Positions 8,075-17,744 of a stretch of 29,114 bases of DNA are shown in pieces. Below the pieces are notes generated by a model. The model was not told the origin of the DNA, ran no database searches, and saw only the letters and a list, made by a program, of their open reading frames with translations. A program made the position numbers and the translations under genes. This DNA comes from Balneolales bacterium (GTDB lineage Bacteria > Bacteroidota > Rhodothermia > Balneolales > Balneolaceae): positions 1 through 29,114 of the forward strand of contig JAKSCW010000292.1 of NCBI GenBank assembly GCA_022360375.1, written 5' to 3'. How positions within the stretch are numbered: position 1 is the stretch's first letter; every line of letters starts with the position of its first letter.

Positions 8075-10339
8075 TTAAAACTTAACGGTATATGTTATAG
8101 ATGGGAGTATGGGCAGAAGGGGTACTTCCACTTCGTCTACCGGATTGTCGTCAAAATCATAGCTATAGAACCACACATTCCGGGTATTAAATACATTGAT
8201 AATCTGGAATTGCCATTGAGCATCTCCCATTCCAAAAAAGGTTCCATTACGTTCAAAAGAAATATCTGCCCGGCGGTAGTTCGGGAGCCTTGTTGCGTTT
8301 AGTTTTTGAACCGTAAAGCTATTTAATTCATTGCCTATGATATCATTTCCTGAGTATTCAACTCTACCACTGGGAGTGGTATAGGCCTGACCTGTAGCAA
8401 AATTGAAATTGAAGATAAACGTCCATTTCCGGCTAAGGGGATGGGTTACTACAACGTTTACATCGTGAGTTCTGTCGTATTTTGGGGGATAGTCCCGGGA
8501 ATCTTGTGGATCACCAAGGAGTGGGTAATTGTATTCGGGGAAGTTTCTCCACGTCGTGCTGTAAGTGTATCCGACGAACCCGGTTGTGCGACCCATTCTT
8601 TTCTCAAAAAAGAATTCTGTACCATACGCATAGCCATCACCAAACCGGAAAATTTCCTCGTAGGCTAAGCCGGCATAATCATCGATGAATGGATTTAATT
8701 CAAACAAATCATTCATGCTTCGGTAATAAACCTCAACGTCAAAACCATAGCCTTCGAAAGGAACGGTTTTAGCCCCTAACACAAACTGATCACCCCATGC
8801 CGGGTCTACGCCATCGGCAGCAATGTACCAGGTATCAAAACCGGAAAAGGCTTCATTGGAAAAGAGGGTAAGAAACTGGTGATATCTACCATATGCTGCC
8901 TGCAATCGAATCCGGTCGGTAAGAAAATAATCTGCTGATAACCTTGGCGCTCCGCGAAGGAAATTACCACTCGAAAAGTAGTTTAACCTGAATCCTCCGT
9001 TTATTTCCCATCTTTGTGAGGGTTTCCAAATATCCTGAACATATAAAGCTCCATAATCTGATTGGAGCCTTTGATTGAACGTGGTTTCTCCATCGAAGGT
9101 ATTCACAAGACGAAAGGTCATTCCTCCCAGCCACGCCCCAAACTTAATGTTGTGTTCATCATTTAATATGTATTCGATATCCGACTTTAGTGAGTAGTCA
9201 TAGATATCATTTTTCTGGGTAAATTCAGTTTCTGCAAATTCAAAAACCGGGCTATTGAAATAGCGTGAATAAGTGAACACAAAATTCGAGAAAACCCGGT
9301 CAGAGAAAATGTGAGTCCAGGTTCCGTTATACGTTTGGTTCCCGTATTCCAGGTTAATCACCAATTGATCAAAAACCGGGAAATCCACATAGTCCCCTCC
9401 TGAATAAAAAGCGACTGAGAATTTATCTTTGGTAGATAAATCATAATTAAGTCGGCCATTAAAATCCAAGAAATAAAACCCGTCGGGGATACCATCCGTG
9501 GTTTCACGAAGTACAGCAAGGTAGGGCTCGATGGTTGAACGCCGGGCTGCAAGCATAAACGACCCATTTTTTATTGGTCCCTCTAAAAAAGCCCTGGAAG
9601 AAAGTAAACCAAGAGAAACCAATCCGGTGTTGTTATTCCTGTTACCGTCTTTATTATAAATAGATAGTACAGATCCTAGTCGTCCCCCATATTCGGAAGG
9701 GTAGCCTCCTTTGTATAACCGTACATCCTTAATGGCATCTGGATTAAATGTGGAAAAGAAACCAAAAAAATGAGTGGGGTTATATACGGTTGCCCGGTCT
9801 AATAAGATTAATGTCTGGTCCGGGCTTCCTCCTCTGATGTATAGCCCGCTGGAATAATCGGATGCTGCTTTAACTCCCGGAAGAAGCTGGATGGAACGAA
9901 ACACATCGGCCTGAAAAACCGCAGGAAGAGATACAATTAAATCAGTATCAATCTGGGCAATCCCAATATTCTTTTGTTCTTGCTGCTCACGTTCTGATTC
10001 CACAATTATTTCTTCCCCCTGGAATACTTCCGGATCAAGTTCTACTTCCAGCGTAATTCGGTCTCCGGCAGCTAAGGTAATCTGTCGTTGAAAGGTATCA
10101 TAACCAATGTATGAGGTTGCAAGGGTATAAGTACCTGGCGGGATGTTTGTAATGGTGAAATAGCCTAGCGTATTAGTAGAGCTTCCCTTATTGATTTCGA
10201 TTAACGCGATGTTAGCTCCAATAAGAGTTTCACCTGTATTTTTGTCTTTTATGTAGCCGTTTATGGAAGCAGTTTGGGCTAAGAGTGACGTTCCGAAAAG
10301 AATGGAAAGTACAACAGCAGTAAGTAATCGAAGTATCAT
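8075..10339 (-). CDS. TonB-dependent receptor with N-terminal carboxypeptidase-regulatory-like domain
   Basis: Signal peptide, INGYIKD..TGETLIGANI domain, plug motif YIRGGSPDQTLILLD, KGGYPSEYGGRLGSV, and a barrel ending in terminal Phe (YTVKF). Confidence 0.92.
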   Translation of the reverse strand: MILRLLTAVVLSILFGTSLLAQTASINGYIKDKNTGETLIGANIALIEINKGSSTNTLGYFTITNIPPGTYTLATSYIGYDTFQRQITLAAGDRITLEVELDPEVFQGEEIIVESEREQQEQKNIGIAQIDTDLIVSLPAVFQADVFRSIQLLPGVKAASDYSSGLYIRGGSPDQTLILLDRATVYNPTHFFGFFSTFNPDAIKDVRLYKGGYPSEYGGRLGSVLSIYNKDGNRNNNTGLVSLGLLSSRAFLEGPIKNGSFMLAARRSTIEPYLAVLRETTDGIPDGFYFLDFNGRLNYDLSTKDKFSVAFYSGGDYVDFPVFDQLVINLEYGNQTYNGTWTHIFSDRVFSNFVFTYSRYFNSPVFEFAETEFTQKNDIYDYSLKSDIEYILNDEHNIKFGAWLGGMTFRLVNTFDGETTFNQRLQSDYGALYVQDIWKPSQRWEINGGFRLNYFSSGNFLRGAPRLSADYFLTDRIRLQAAYGRYHQFLTLFSNEAFSGFDTWYIAADGVDPAWGDQFVLGAKTVPFEGYGFDVEVYYRSMNDLFELNPFIDDYAGLAYEEIFRFGDGYAYGTEFFFEKRMGRTTGFVGYTYSTTWRNFPEYNYPLLGDPQDSRDYPPKYDRTHDVNVVVTHPLSRKWTFIFNFNFATGQAYTTPSGRVEYSGNDIIGNELNSFTVQKLNATRLPNYRRADISFERNGTFFGMGDAQWQFQIINVFNTRNVWFYSYDFDDNPVDEVEVPLLPILPSITYTVKF

Positions 10340-10355
10340 AGATGATATATAATTT

Positions 10356-10371
10356 TTGGCTGTACAGCCAA
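10356..10371. repeat. Perfect 16-bp palindrome TTGGCTGTACAGCCAA
   Basis: Self-complementary sequence ending 16 nt upstream of the TonB receptor start codon. There is no U-tract after it on either strand. Confidence 0.6.
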
Positions 10372-10431
10372 CGAATGAAGGAGAGATAAGTTACGTACAA
10401 AAAACACTTACAGTATTAAATAATTGTTCAC

Positions 10432-11316
10432 TTACAACAAAGATAATTGATTTGTATCCCGATTTGGAGTCTTAAGTTTCGTTCCCAATGCTGAATTAAG
10501 TTTTTCAATTAAATGAGCCGAAAGCAGGGGAGATTCTTTCTCAATATTTTGATGTACGAAGAAGTAGATTTTTTCTATTCCCTGGTCTTTCCATTGCTTT
10601 AAGCGGGTAACCCAGTCATCGAGTCGGGTATAATCTGATTCGTGATTTGCACCTACATATCGGATAAATGCCACGGGTGACGTTAAGCGCATATGAAGTA
10701 AATCTCTTCTGCCAGCGGTATCAGTAATAATGTTTGCCACGTTGTGATTTTCAAATAATTCATAAATCTGGTTGGCTACTGTTTCATTGTTAAACCAATC
10801 AGTGTGTCTTAGTTCAATAGCTAAGGGTAAGTCATCAGGCCAGATCTCAAGGAAATGTTGGATTCGATCAATATCTTTTGGTTTGAAATCATCCCGCAAT
10901 TGAAGAAATATCATTCCCAGTTTTTCATCGAAGGCTCTGATAGGTAAGGTATACTCTTCGATAAGGGACTCGACTCCTTTCAGCCGTTTGTAATGGCTTA
11001 TACTATTCACAACTTTTGGAAAAAACCGGAAGGAATCGGGCGTTTTGTTTTTACAGGAACGAATTTGTACTTCGTCAAAGATTCGATAATGGGTGGCATT
11101 TAATTCAATCGAATTGAATTGATTGGCGTAGTACTGAAGTTCGTCTTTTGTGCCTCTTGGGTAAAATCCTTTTAAATCCTGCCGGTTCCATTTAGCACAG
11201 CCCACAAAAACCTCAAAAGAACCATCTCCTTCAGAAAGTACGTCCTGAACAGCGGGATGATCTGCCGGGAGTTGAAAATCAATGCTTTCTGGATTAGTAA
11301 CGCTTCCGAATTTCAT
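10432..11316 (-). CDS. DUF72 (YecE-like) protein
   Basis: GCAKW, YYANQFNSIELNATHY, FRFFPKV and LAIELRH..W are DUF72 motifs. ATG 11316 (MKFGSV) is preferred over TTG 11346. Confidence 0.9.
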   Translation of the reverse strand: MKFGSVTNPESIDFQLPADHPAVQDVLSEGDGSFEVFVGCAKWNRQDLKGFYPRGTKDELQYYANQFNSIELNATHYRIFDEVQIRSCKNKTPDSFRFFPKVVNSISHYKRLKGVESLIEEYTLPIRAFDEKLGMIFLQLRDDFKPKDIDRIQHFLEIWPDDLPLAIELRHTDWFNNETVANQIYELFENHNVANIITDTAGRRDLLHMRLTSPVAFIRYVGANHESDYTRLDDWVTRLKQWKDQGIEKIYFFVHQNIEKESPLLSAHLIEKLNSALGTKLKTPNRDTNQLSLL

Positions 11317-11429
11317 AGTTGGTTTAGTTAGGTGCCCAAAATACAATTACTGGTAAACATATTTGTAAACAGTTCTCAACAATTTCCGTTTCCAAATTTT
11401 GTATATTTAAACTTGATCTTTGAAAATTT

Positions 11430-11794
11430 GGGGATGTTCTGGATTTGACGGGATGCGTAACACCGTAGGTTGCATGTCGAGTTTGTCCAATGGATCTCGT
11501 AAAACTTCCATTATGGACCTAAATGTAATTGACAACAATTACTCTTACCGCTTAGCAGCATAAACTAGCTGAGCCGTTTCCTTGGTAGTGTGCCTGTCTG
11601 CACCAATGTGAAGCGTCGTTACCGGCAGGATAGTGTATTAAGGTTTTCTGTCTTTGATGCATGAAATTTTACAGAATAGTTTAGGGATGCCTGGTTACTA
11701 GGCGAAGCCTTAAGCGAATGTTAAATAGTAACTAAACATGTAGATGCTTGCAGGTTTACCTTTTCGGACCGGGGTTCGACTCCCCGCATCTCCA
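11430..11794 (+). ncRNA. ssrA: tmRNA (transfer-messenger RNA)
   Basis: 5' GGGGATG pairs with 3' CATCTCC-A, including the G3-U alanine determinant. GGATTTGAC D-like loop, T-arm CGGGGTTCGACTCCCCG, and an internal tag ORF GAC AAC AAT TAC TCT TAC CGC TTA GCA GCA TAA (11531-11563). The 3' CCA is not genome-encoded. Confidence 0.96.
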
Positions 11795-11887
11795 CTTTTT
11801 TAATTCCCTTCTTCTTTAATAGAATCTAACTCTTTCTTTGTGCTAAGATTATTACACTTGGTGGAGGAATAATTTAAAGGGTTAGTA

Positions 11888-14800
11888 TTGAAGGCAATAA
11901 TAGTTTGGTTCTCGTTGGCTTTTACGATTTCGCTTCCTGTATTCGCGCAGGATATGTCCATCCGTTTTGAACAAATAACTACGGAAGATGGGCTATCTCA
12001 AAGTACTATCAATGATATTTTACAGGATACACGTGGCTTTCTTTGGTTTGCTACAGAAGACGGACTGAACAGATATGACGGGTATGAATTTAAAATCTAC
12101 CGCAATGATCCATATGATGCCTTTTCTATCTCAAGTAACCAAATATCTACAATCCTGGAAGACCAGGACGGGGCGATTTGGGTTGGTACAAAAGGGGGTG
12201 GGTTAAATAAATTCGACCGGGAACAGGATCGGTTTCTGCGTTTTCAGCATGATGAGACTGATTCTAAATCAATAAGCCACAATTTTGTGACTGCCTTATT
12301 CCAGGACCCCCTGGGAGTTATACTGGTAGGTACGCAGGGAGGACTCAATATTCTGGAGCCTGCTACCAATGAATTCAGAATATATAATGCTGTTGATGAA
12401 CACGAGGGGATAAGTGAAGCCAGGATTACAACGTTGTACAAAGACCGAAACGAGTTTATATGGATTGGTACTGCAGAAGATGGATTATACCAATTTGATC
12501 GGCAGTCATTTGAAATAAAACAATTCAGGAATGAACCTGGTAATACCAATTCATTAAGTGATAACTGGATTGTAACCATTTATGAAGACCGCAAAGGGGA
12601 GATTTGGTTTGGAACTCAATCAGGTGGTTTAAATCACTTCGATCCGGTTACCGAACGTTTTAAAGCTTACCGGGCAATTCCGGGGAACAGGAATTCGATA
12701 AGTAATAACTGGGTACTTTCAATTTATGAAGATTCCAGGGGCACTTTTTGGGTAGGTACTTTGAATGGCCTGAATATTCTGAACAGAGAAACCGGTGATT
12801 TTACCAACTTTATGGAGCTTAACTACCCCATAAACCTAAGTAACAATTCTATTACCTCTTTGTATGAAGATCGTTCAGGTGTTTTTTGGGTAGGTACGCA
12901 AAATGGGGCACTAAATAAGTTCATACGTTCTTCGTCAGAAAGCTTTACGGTATATCAGAATGATCCCTCTAATAGTAATAGCCTGAGTAACAATAATATT
13001 TGGGCAATTTATGAAGATTCGCAGGGTAACGTTTGGGTAGGTACCCAGGGTGGAGGAGTAAACAAGCTTTATTCAGACACGAGAACCTTTGCAAATTTCA
13101 TGCATGATCCTAACGATGAGATGTCGTTAAGCAATGATTTTGTTAATGCTATTTATGAAGACAGACTAGGAGGAATATGGATTGGAACCATTGAAGGTTT
13201 AAATCTTTATGATGATGAATTAAATAAGTTTATCCATTTTAAGCATGATCCGGAAGACATTAATACAATCAGTGGGAATATTGTCACCACTATTTTTGAA
13301 GACAGTAAAGGCATTATTTGGGTTGGAACGTTAAATAATGGGTTAAATGCTTATGACCCGGAAACCGGAAATTTCACCAGATTTACCCATTCCGGTACAA
13401 ATCCGAATTCGATAAGCCACAATAAAATCTGGTCCATGTTTGAAGATGACCGGGGTAATTTTTGGGTGGGTACGCACGGTTTTGGGTTGAATAAATATGA
13501 CAGAGTACGAGGAACGTTTACGCGCTATACGTTTGATTCAAACGATGAAACCAGCATAAGTGATAATTTTGTAAATGTAATCCGGCAAGACAGGGATGGT
13601 TTTCTTTGGGTGGGTACTATTAACGGGCTGAACAAATTTGATCCCGAAACGGAAGTATTTACCAGGTATTCAACCAAGGAAGGGTTACCCAATAATGTGA
13701 TTTATGGTATCATTGAAGATTACAGAGGCCATCTTTGGTTAAGCACAAATAATGGGATTGTTGATTTTGACCCCGAATCGGAGAGTATGCGGGTATATGA
13801 CCGAGGGGATGGTCTTCCAAGTAATGAGTACCGTTTTGGTGCCTTTCATAAAGGTGCTGACGGTAGTATGTACTTTGGGGGTATCAATGGTATCGTTGTG
13901 TTTAAGCCAGATAGCATCAGAGACAACCCCCATATTCCTCCGGTTGTAATTACAGATTTCCAGATTTTTAATGAATATGTGCCCATTTCCGCTGTTGGGT
14001 CACCGCTAAGAAAGTCAATTTCAGAAACGGATGAGATCGTGTTAACGTGGAGAGAAAAGGTTTTTTCTTTCGAATTTTCAGCTCTTCACTTTGCAGCCCC
14101 AGAGGAGAATAATTATGAATATAAAATGGAAGGATTCGATCTTGACTGGCAGCAAGTAGGAAACCGAAGGTATGTATCTTACACTAATTTACCCGCAGGG
14201 CAAACCTACACGTTTATCGTGCGCGCATCCAACAATGCAGGAATTTGGAATACTCACGGAACTTCTATCCAAATTAAGGTTTTACCACCACCATGGAAAA
14301 CCTGGTGGGCGTACGGACTATATTCTTTCTTAGGGGCGACAATACTTGTAGGATTTATCAACTTTCAAATCGGGAAGGAGCGGAAGAAGAAGGAACAAGT
14401 TCAGAAGTATAACGAGGAATTGGAAGCTTTGGTTAAAGAAAGAACCATTCTCCTTGAGAATGAAAAAGAAAAGAGTGATAACCTGCTTTACAACATGCTT
14501 CCTAAAGGAATCGCAGATGAGATAAAAGAAAAGGGATCTGCTGCGCCTCGTAGATATGAAGAAGTAAGTGTATTGTTTACCGATTTCGAAAATTTTACAG
14601 CAACAGCCGCTACAATGTCGGCCAAAAAATTAGTGTCTGAAGTAAACGAGATTTTTGAAGTGTTTGATAATATCATCGAGAAGTACGGGTTGGAAAAGAT
14701 AAAAACCATCGGTGATGCTTACATGGCTGTGTCGGGGTTACCCGATGAGAAAGAAAATCATGCATTGCTTTGTGTAAGAGCAGCTAAAGAAATGCAACAA

Positions 14801-15112
14801 TTTGTTGATGAACGAAATGAAGCTGCGGCGGTGAAATGGAAAATGAGAATTGGGATACACAGTGGTAGTGTAATTGCCGGAGTTGTGGGTAAAAAGAAAT
14901 TCACTTACGATATATGGGGGTCAACGGTAATACTTGCCAGCAGAATGGAAGAGGTGGGTGAAATTGGCAAGATTAATATTTCCGCTACTACCTGCGATTT
15001 TGTACACGAGGACTTTACGTGTGAGTACAGAGGCAAAATTCATGTTGAGGGACAGGGAGATATAGATATGTATTTTGTGGGAGACGAGAAACCTTCAGTT
15101 GTCAGAAGCTAA
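11888..15112 (+). CDS. Membrane sensor: two-component-regulator beta-propeller repeats plus Y_Y_Y domain, TM helix, coiled coil and class III adenylate/guanylate cyclase domain
   Basis: TTG start with signal peptide. Many LSxNxIxxIxED.xG.xW.GT..GLN blades, then Y_Y_Y (NNYEYKMEGFD...YTNLPAG), TM WWAYGLY...FINFQI and S-helix EKEKSDNLLYNMLP. Cyclase motifs VLFTDF, KTIGDAYM, RIGIHSG and YDIWG. Confidence 0.92.
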   Translation: MKAIIVWFSLAFTISLPVFAQDMSIRFEQITTEDGLSQSTINDILQDTRGFLWFATEDGLNRYDGYEFKIYRNDPYDAFSISSNQISTILEDQDGAIWVGTKGGGLNKFDREQDRFLRFQHDETDSKSISHNFVTALFQDPLGVILVGTQGGLNILEPATNEFRIYNAVDEHEGISEARITTLYKDRNEFIWIGTAEDGLYQFDRQSFEIKQFRNEPGNTNSLSDNWIVTIYEDRKGEIWFGTQSGGLNHFDPVTERFKAYRAIPGNRNSISNNWVLSIYEDSRGTFWVGTLNGLNILNRETGDFTNFMELNYPINLSNNSITSLYEDRSGVFWVGTQNGALNKFIRSSSESFTVYQNDPSNSNSLSNNNIWAIYEDSQGNVWVGTQGGGVNKLYSDTRTFANFMHDPNDEMSLSNDFVNAIYEDRLGGIWIGTIEGLNLYDDELNKFIHFKHDPEDINTISGNIVTTIFEDSKGIIWVGTLNNGLNAYDPETGNFTRFTHSGTNPNSISHNKIWSMFEDDRGNFWVGTHGFGLNKYDRVRGTFTRYTFDSNDETSISDNFVNVIRQDRDGFLWVGTINGLNKFDPETEVFTRYSTKEGLPNNVIYGIIEDYRGHLWLSTNNGIVDFDPESESMRVYDRGDGLPSNEYRFGAFHKGADGSMYFGGINGIVVFKPDSIRDNPHIPPVVITDFQIFNEYVPISAVGSPLRKSISETDEIVLTWREKVFSFEFSALHFAAPEENNYEYKMEGFDLDWQQVGNRRYVSYTNLPAGQTYTFIVRASNNAGIWNTHGTSIQIKVLPPPWKTWWAYGLYSFLGATILVGFINFQIGKERKKKEQVQKYNEELEALVKERTILLENEKEKSDNLLYNMLPKGIADEIKEKGSAAPRRYEEVSVLFTDFENFTATAATMSAKKLVSEVNEIFEVFDNIIEKYGLEKIKTIGDAYMAVSGLPDEKENHALLCVRAAKEMQQFVDERNEAAAVKWKMRIGIHSGSVIAGVVGKKKFTYDIWGSTVILASRMEEVGEIGKINISATTCDFVHEDFTCEYRGKIHVEGQGDIDMYFVGDEKPSVVRS

Positions 15113-17741
15113 AACTGATATTAAAGGAAGGTTGAATTCCTAAATCGTATACGGTGGTAATTGCAGATCCGGTTGCTGTTCGGTTGTTATTCTGGAAATT
15201 GACTAGTTTTCTTTCTGCATACCAGGGGTTATTTCTATTGAAGATATTATATAATGAAAACGATGTCTTCAATATCCCACTTTCCAGTGCCAGCTGATAA
15301 TCGATAGTTGCATCTAGTCGCGAGTAGTCTGACAAGCGGAAAGTATCTTCAATTCTTCTTGGATTAACATAATCAGGAGTACCACTTCCATAGGTCCACC
15401 CAAGGTAAAAGGTAAGGTTTTTGGCAAGGTTGGTTTCCGTTGTTACAGAAAGCTGATGCCTTCTGTCCCAGGAAGAATAGAAATATTTCCCCTCGTTGAA
15501 ATCATTATTTCTTATCCTGGAAGAAGAAAGGGTATATGCAGAGCTAATGCTGAAATCTTTAAAACGATTCTTTATCAAAAATTCTAATCCTTTTGCCCTG
15601 GAAAAGTTGTCGTAAAGTACCGGCACCTCCCGGTTACTAAATGCGGCAGAAATTAGTCCTGTATTAAGTTCATGAAGCCTGATATTGCTGAAAAATTTAT
15701 AATACCCTTCAACCTGAAAATAAATGAATGAATTAAGGTTATAGTACAATCCCGAAGAAAAATAGTCGACGGAAGAGGGGGGCTCATCCTCATTTGTGAG
15801 AATCCAGAAATCATTGGAATTGATGTTATAGAAAGCCAGGCGATGCATAAACTGATAATTTCTGCTATATCCTATGCTCATACTAAAATCCCGTTTAACA
15901 TGATAGTTAACTTTCAACCTTGGGGACCAGCGTAAATATTCTCCATTGCTGAAATAATGAAACCGGTTTCCCAGGTTGAACACCAGATTGGGAATACTTG
16001 AGATATCGGTTTGATGGTAAACATCAAACAACTGGCTGGTTCTTAAACTGGCAAAAGATTGCCTTTGAAGGCTGAGTTCCACGTATTCTACCTCGTAATC
16101 AGAGTAACTGAATCCGATTTCGGTGCTGTTATTGCCATGATTCAGAAAAAAGGATTGAGCAATATCAAACTGTTGAATCGAATTCTCTAAATCCAGAGGT
16201 TGGATTGAGACAGAATCAAATCCTTCAGAATTTTGATTTCGTCTTACCGGGTATTCAAAATCATCCTTCAGGTAGCTGCTTGAATAGTACGTATACCCAA
16301 TTCTGGAATTCGATAGTGTATTGGTACCCAGGGTAGCTGCATAGGAGCCTGTAATTGTTTGAGAAGCCCAATTATTGGTGGTTTCATAAAGTGTACCGGG
16401 GTCAAATTCTCTGGAATAGTTTTGATAGGCTTTGTCGTATCCGGCATATCCGCTGAGTGTAATTTGAGAGCCATTTGCCGTTTCGAAATAAAGTTTGCCA
16501 TGGATATCATAAAACTGAGCATCTGTCTCTTCAACCTCGGTTTCATCAATTGTGAAATCACCGAATTGATCTAAAAAATCGATAGCCTCGGTCGAAACGA
16601 TTTCTGCAGGGCGGTTCACATCAAGTCCATATTCAATCATACTTCCATTGTTAAACCAGTTAACATCGTCGATGTAAGAAAGCCTTCCGGAAACCAACCA
16701 GCTGGATTTCCCTTTAATAATCGGGCCGTCTAAGGTAGATTTAAATGCGGTGTTACTTAGGCCTGCAGAGCCATTAAATTCATTTATAGACCCTGAACGG
16801 GTTACCATAGAAAGTGTGCCGCCAAGTGGTGCCTGGTATTGTGCCGGGGTGATATCATAAAAGAAACCACTTGTTTTCAGGGCATCAGAATTCATTGCGT
16901 CGAGCATTCCAAACAAGTGGCTCTGGTTATACACAGTTTGCCCATCCAATAAAATATGGAAGCCATCCGTGGAACTACCGCGAATATTAATCCCATCATT
17001 AATAGCGGAACTCATCGAAACAGAAGGCAGCATTTGTAATGATTTAAAAGCATTCGTTTCTCCAAGTGGACTAAACGTTCCAATCTTAATAAGTCCCTTC
17101 AATAAAGTATCCTGGGGAGTATAAAAGTTTACTCCGCTTACGATAATTTCTTTGCTGCCATATGTTTCAGGCTCCAGCCGGATAGTTAAATCATTCCAGG
17201 TGTTTATTTCATCAAATGGCAATTCAATTTGATTCGATTTATATCCCAAATAAGTAGTTAGAAAAAAAATGCTTGCTTCATTAGAAGTAATAGAAATACT
17301 GAATGCACCTGAAGAAGTAGTTGCTACCCCTTTGAATAAACCATTTTCTCTCCAGGAAATGGTGGCATAGGGAAGTCTTTCACCCGTCTCTGAGTCGACC
17401 ACATACCCGGAAATAGTGATGTTTTTTGTGAGTTGTTGCTGAACGGACTTATAGATTAGTGCCTGGTGCCGGTCTTCGTCGATTTTTAAGCCAATGTTTC
17501 TCTGTATTAATACTTCAGTCAGTTCCTGGAGAATGTGATCATCTGATGCGTTAAGTGTAACTTTTATACCGGATATTAATGCCTCTCTATACAAAAAACG
17601 GTACGGAGTATTTGCTTCAATGTCCTGAATTACCGAAAGAAGTGGTTCGTTTGAATAAGAAAAAGACTGCCCCTGAGTATGGCATGGTAGGAGAAGAATC
17701 CAGACGAATACTACAAATAAAGCTCGACTGAGATTTTTCAT
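15102..17741 (-). CDS. TonB-dependent receptor/transducer with N-terminal STN-like signalling extension
   Basis: Signal peptide, then FSYSNEPLLSVIQDIEANTPYRFLY (STN-like), carboxypeptidase-like ISGYVVDSETGERLPYATI, plug INIRGSSTDG, and terminal Phe (ISFSF). It sits directly after fecR. ATG 17741, or TTG 17744. Confidence 0.85.
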   Translation of the reverse strand: MKNLSRALFVVFVWILLLPCHTQGQSFSYSNEPLLSVIQDIEANTPYRFLYREALISGIKVTLNASDDHILQELTEVLIQRNIGLKIDEDRHQALIYKSVQQQLTKNITISGYVVDSETGERLPYATISWRENGLFKGVATTSSGAFSISITSNEASIFFLTTYLGYKSNQIELPFDEINTWNDLTIRLEPETYGSKEIIVSGVNFYTPQDTLLKGLIKIGTFSPLGETNAFKSLQMLPSVSMSSAINDGINIRGSSTDGFHILLDGQTVYNQSHLFGMLDAMNSDALKTSGFFYDITPAQYQAPLGGTLSMVTRSGSINEFNGSAGLSNTAFKSTLDGPIIKGKSSWLVSGRLSYIDDVNWFNNGSMIEYGLDVNRPAEIVSTEAIDFLDQFGDFTIDETEVEETDAQFYDIHGKLYFETANGSQITLSGYAGYDKAYQNYSREFDPGTLYETTNNWASQTITGSYAATLGTNTLSNSRIGYTYYSSSYLKDDFEYPVRRNQNSEGFDSVSIQPLDLENSIQQFDIAQSFFLNHGNNSTEIGFSYSDYEVEYVELSLQRQSFASLRTSQLFDVYHQTDISSIPNLVFNLGNRFHYFSNGEYLRWSPRLKVNYHVKRDFSMSIGYSRNYQFMHRLAFYNINSNDFWILTNEDEPPSSVDYFSSGLYYNLNSFIYFQVEGYYKFFSNIRLHELNTGLISAAFSNREVPVLYDNFSRAKGLEFLIKNRFKDFSISSAYTLSSSRIRNNDFNEGKYFYSSWDRRHQLSVTTETNLAKNLTFYLGWTYGSGTPDYVNPRRIEDTFRLSDYSRLDATIDYQLALESGILKTSFSLYNIFNRNNPWYAERKLVNFQNNNRTATGSAITTVYDLGIQPSFNISFSF

Positions 17742-17744
17742 CAA

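Noticed and set aside
11513-11563. In-frame ATG six codons upstream of the tmRNA resume codon (MDLNVIDNNYSYRLAA)
   Set aside because: It lies inside the structured tmRNA body with no ribosome-binding site. The tag ORF is fully explained by trans-translation.
11788-11800. tmRNA lacks an encoded 3' CCA
   Set aside because: This is common in bacteria that add CCA post-transcriptionally.
11775-11890. tmRNA 3' end as an integration site for a genomic island carrying the cyclase
   Set aside because: There is no integrase, no duplicated ssrA 3' fragment anywhere in the window, and no mobile genes downstream.
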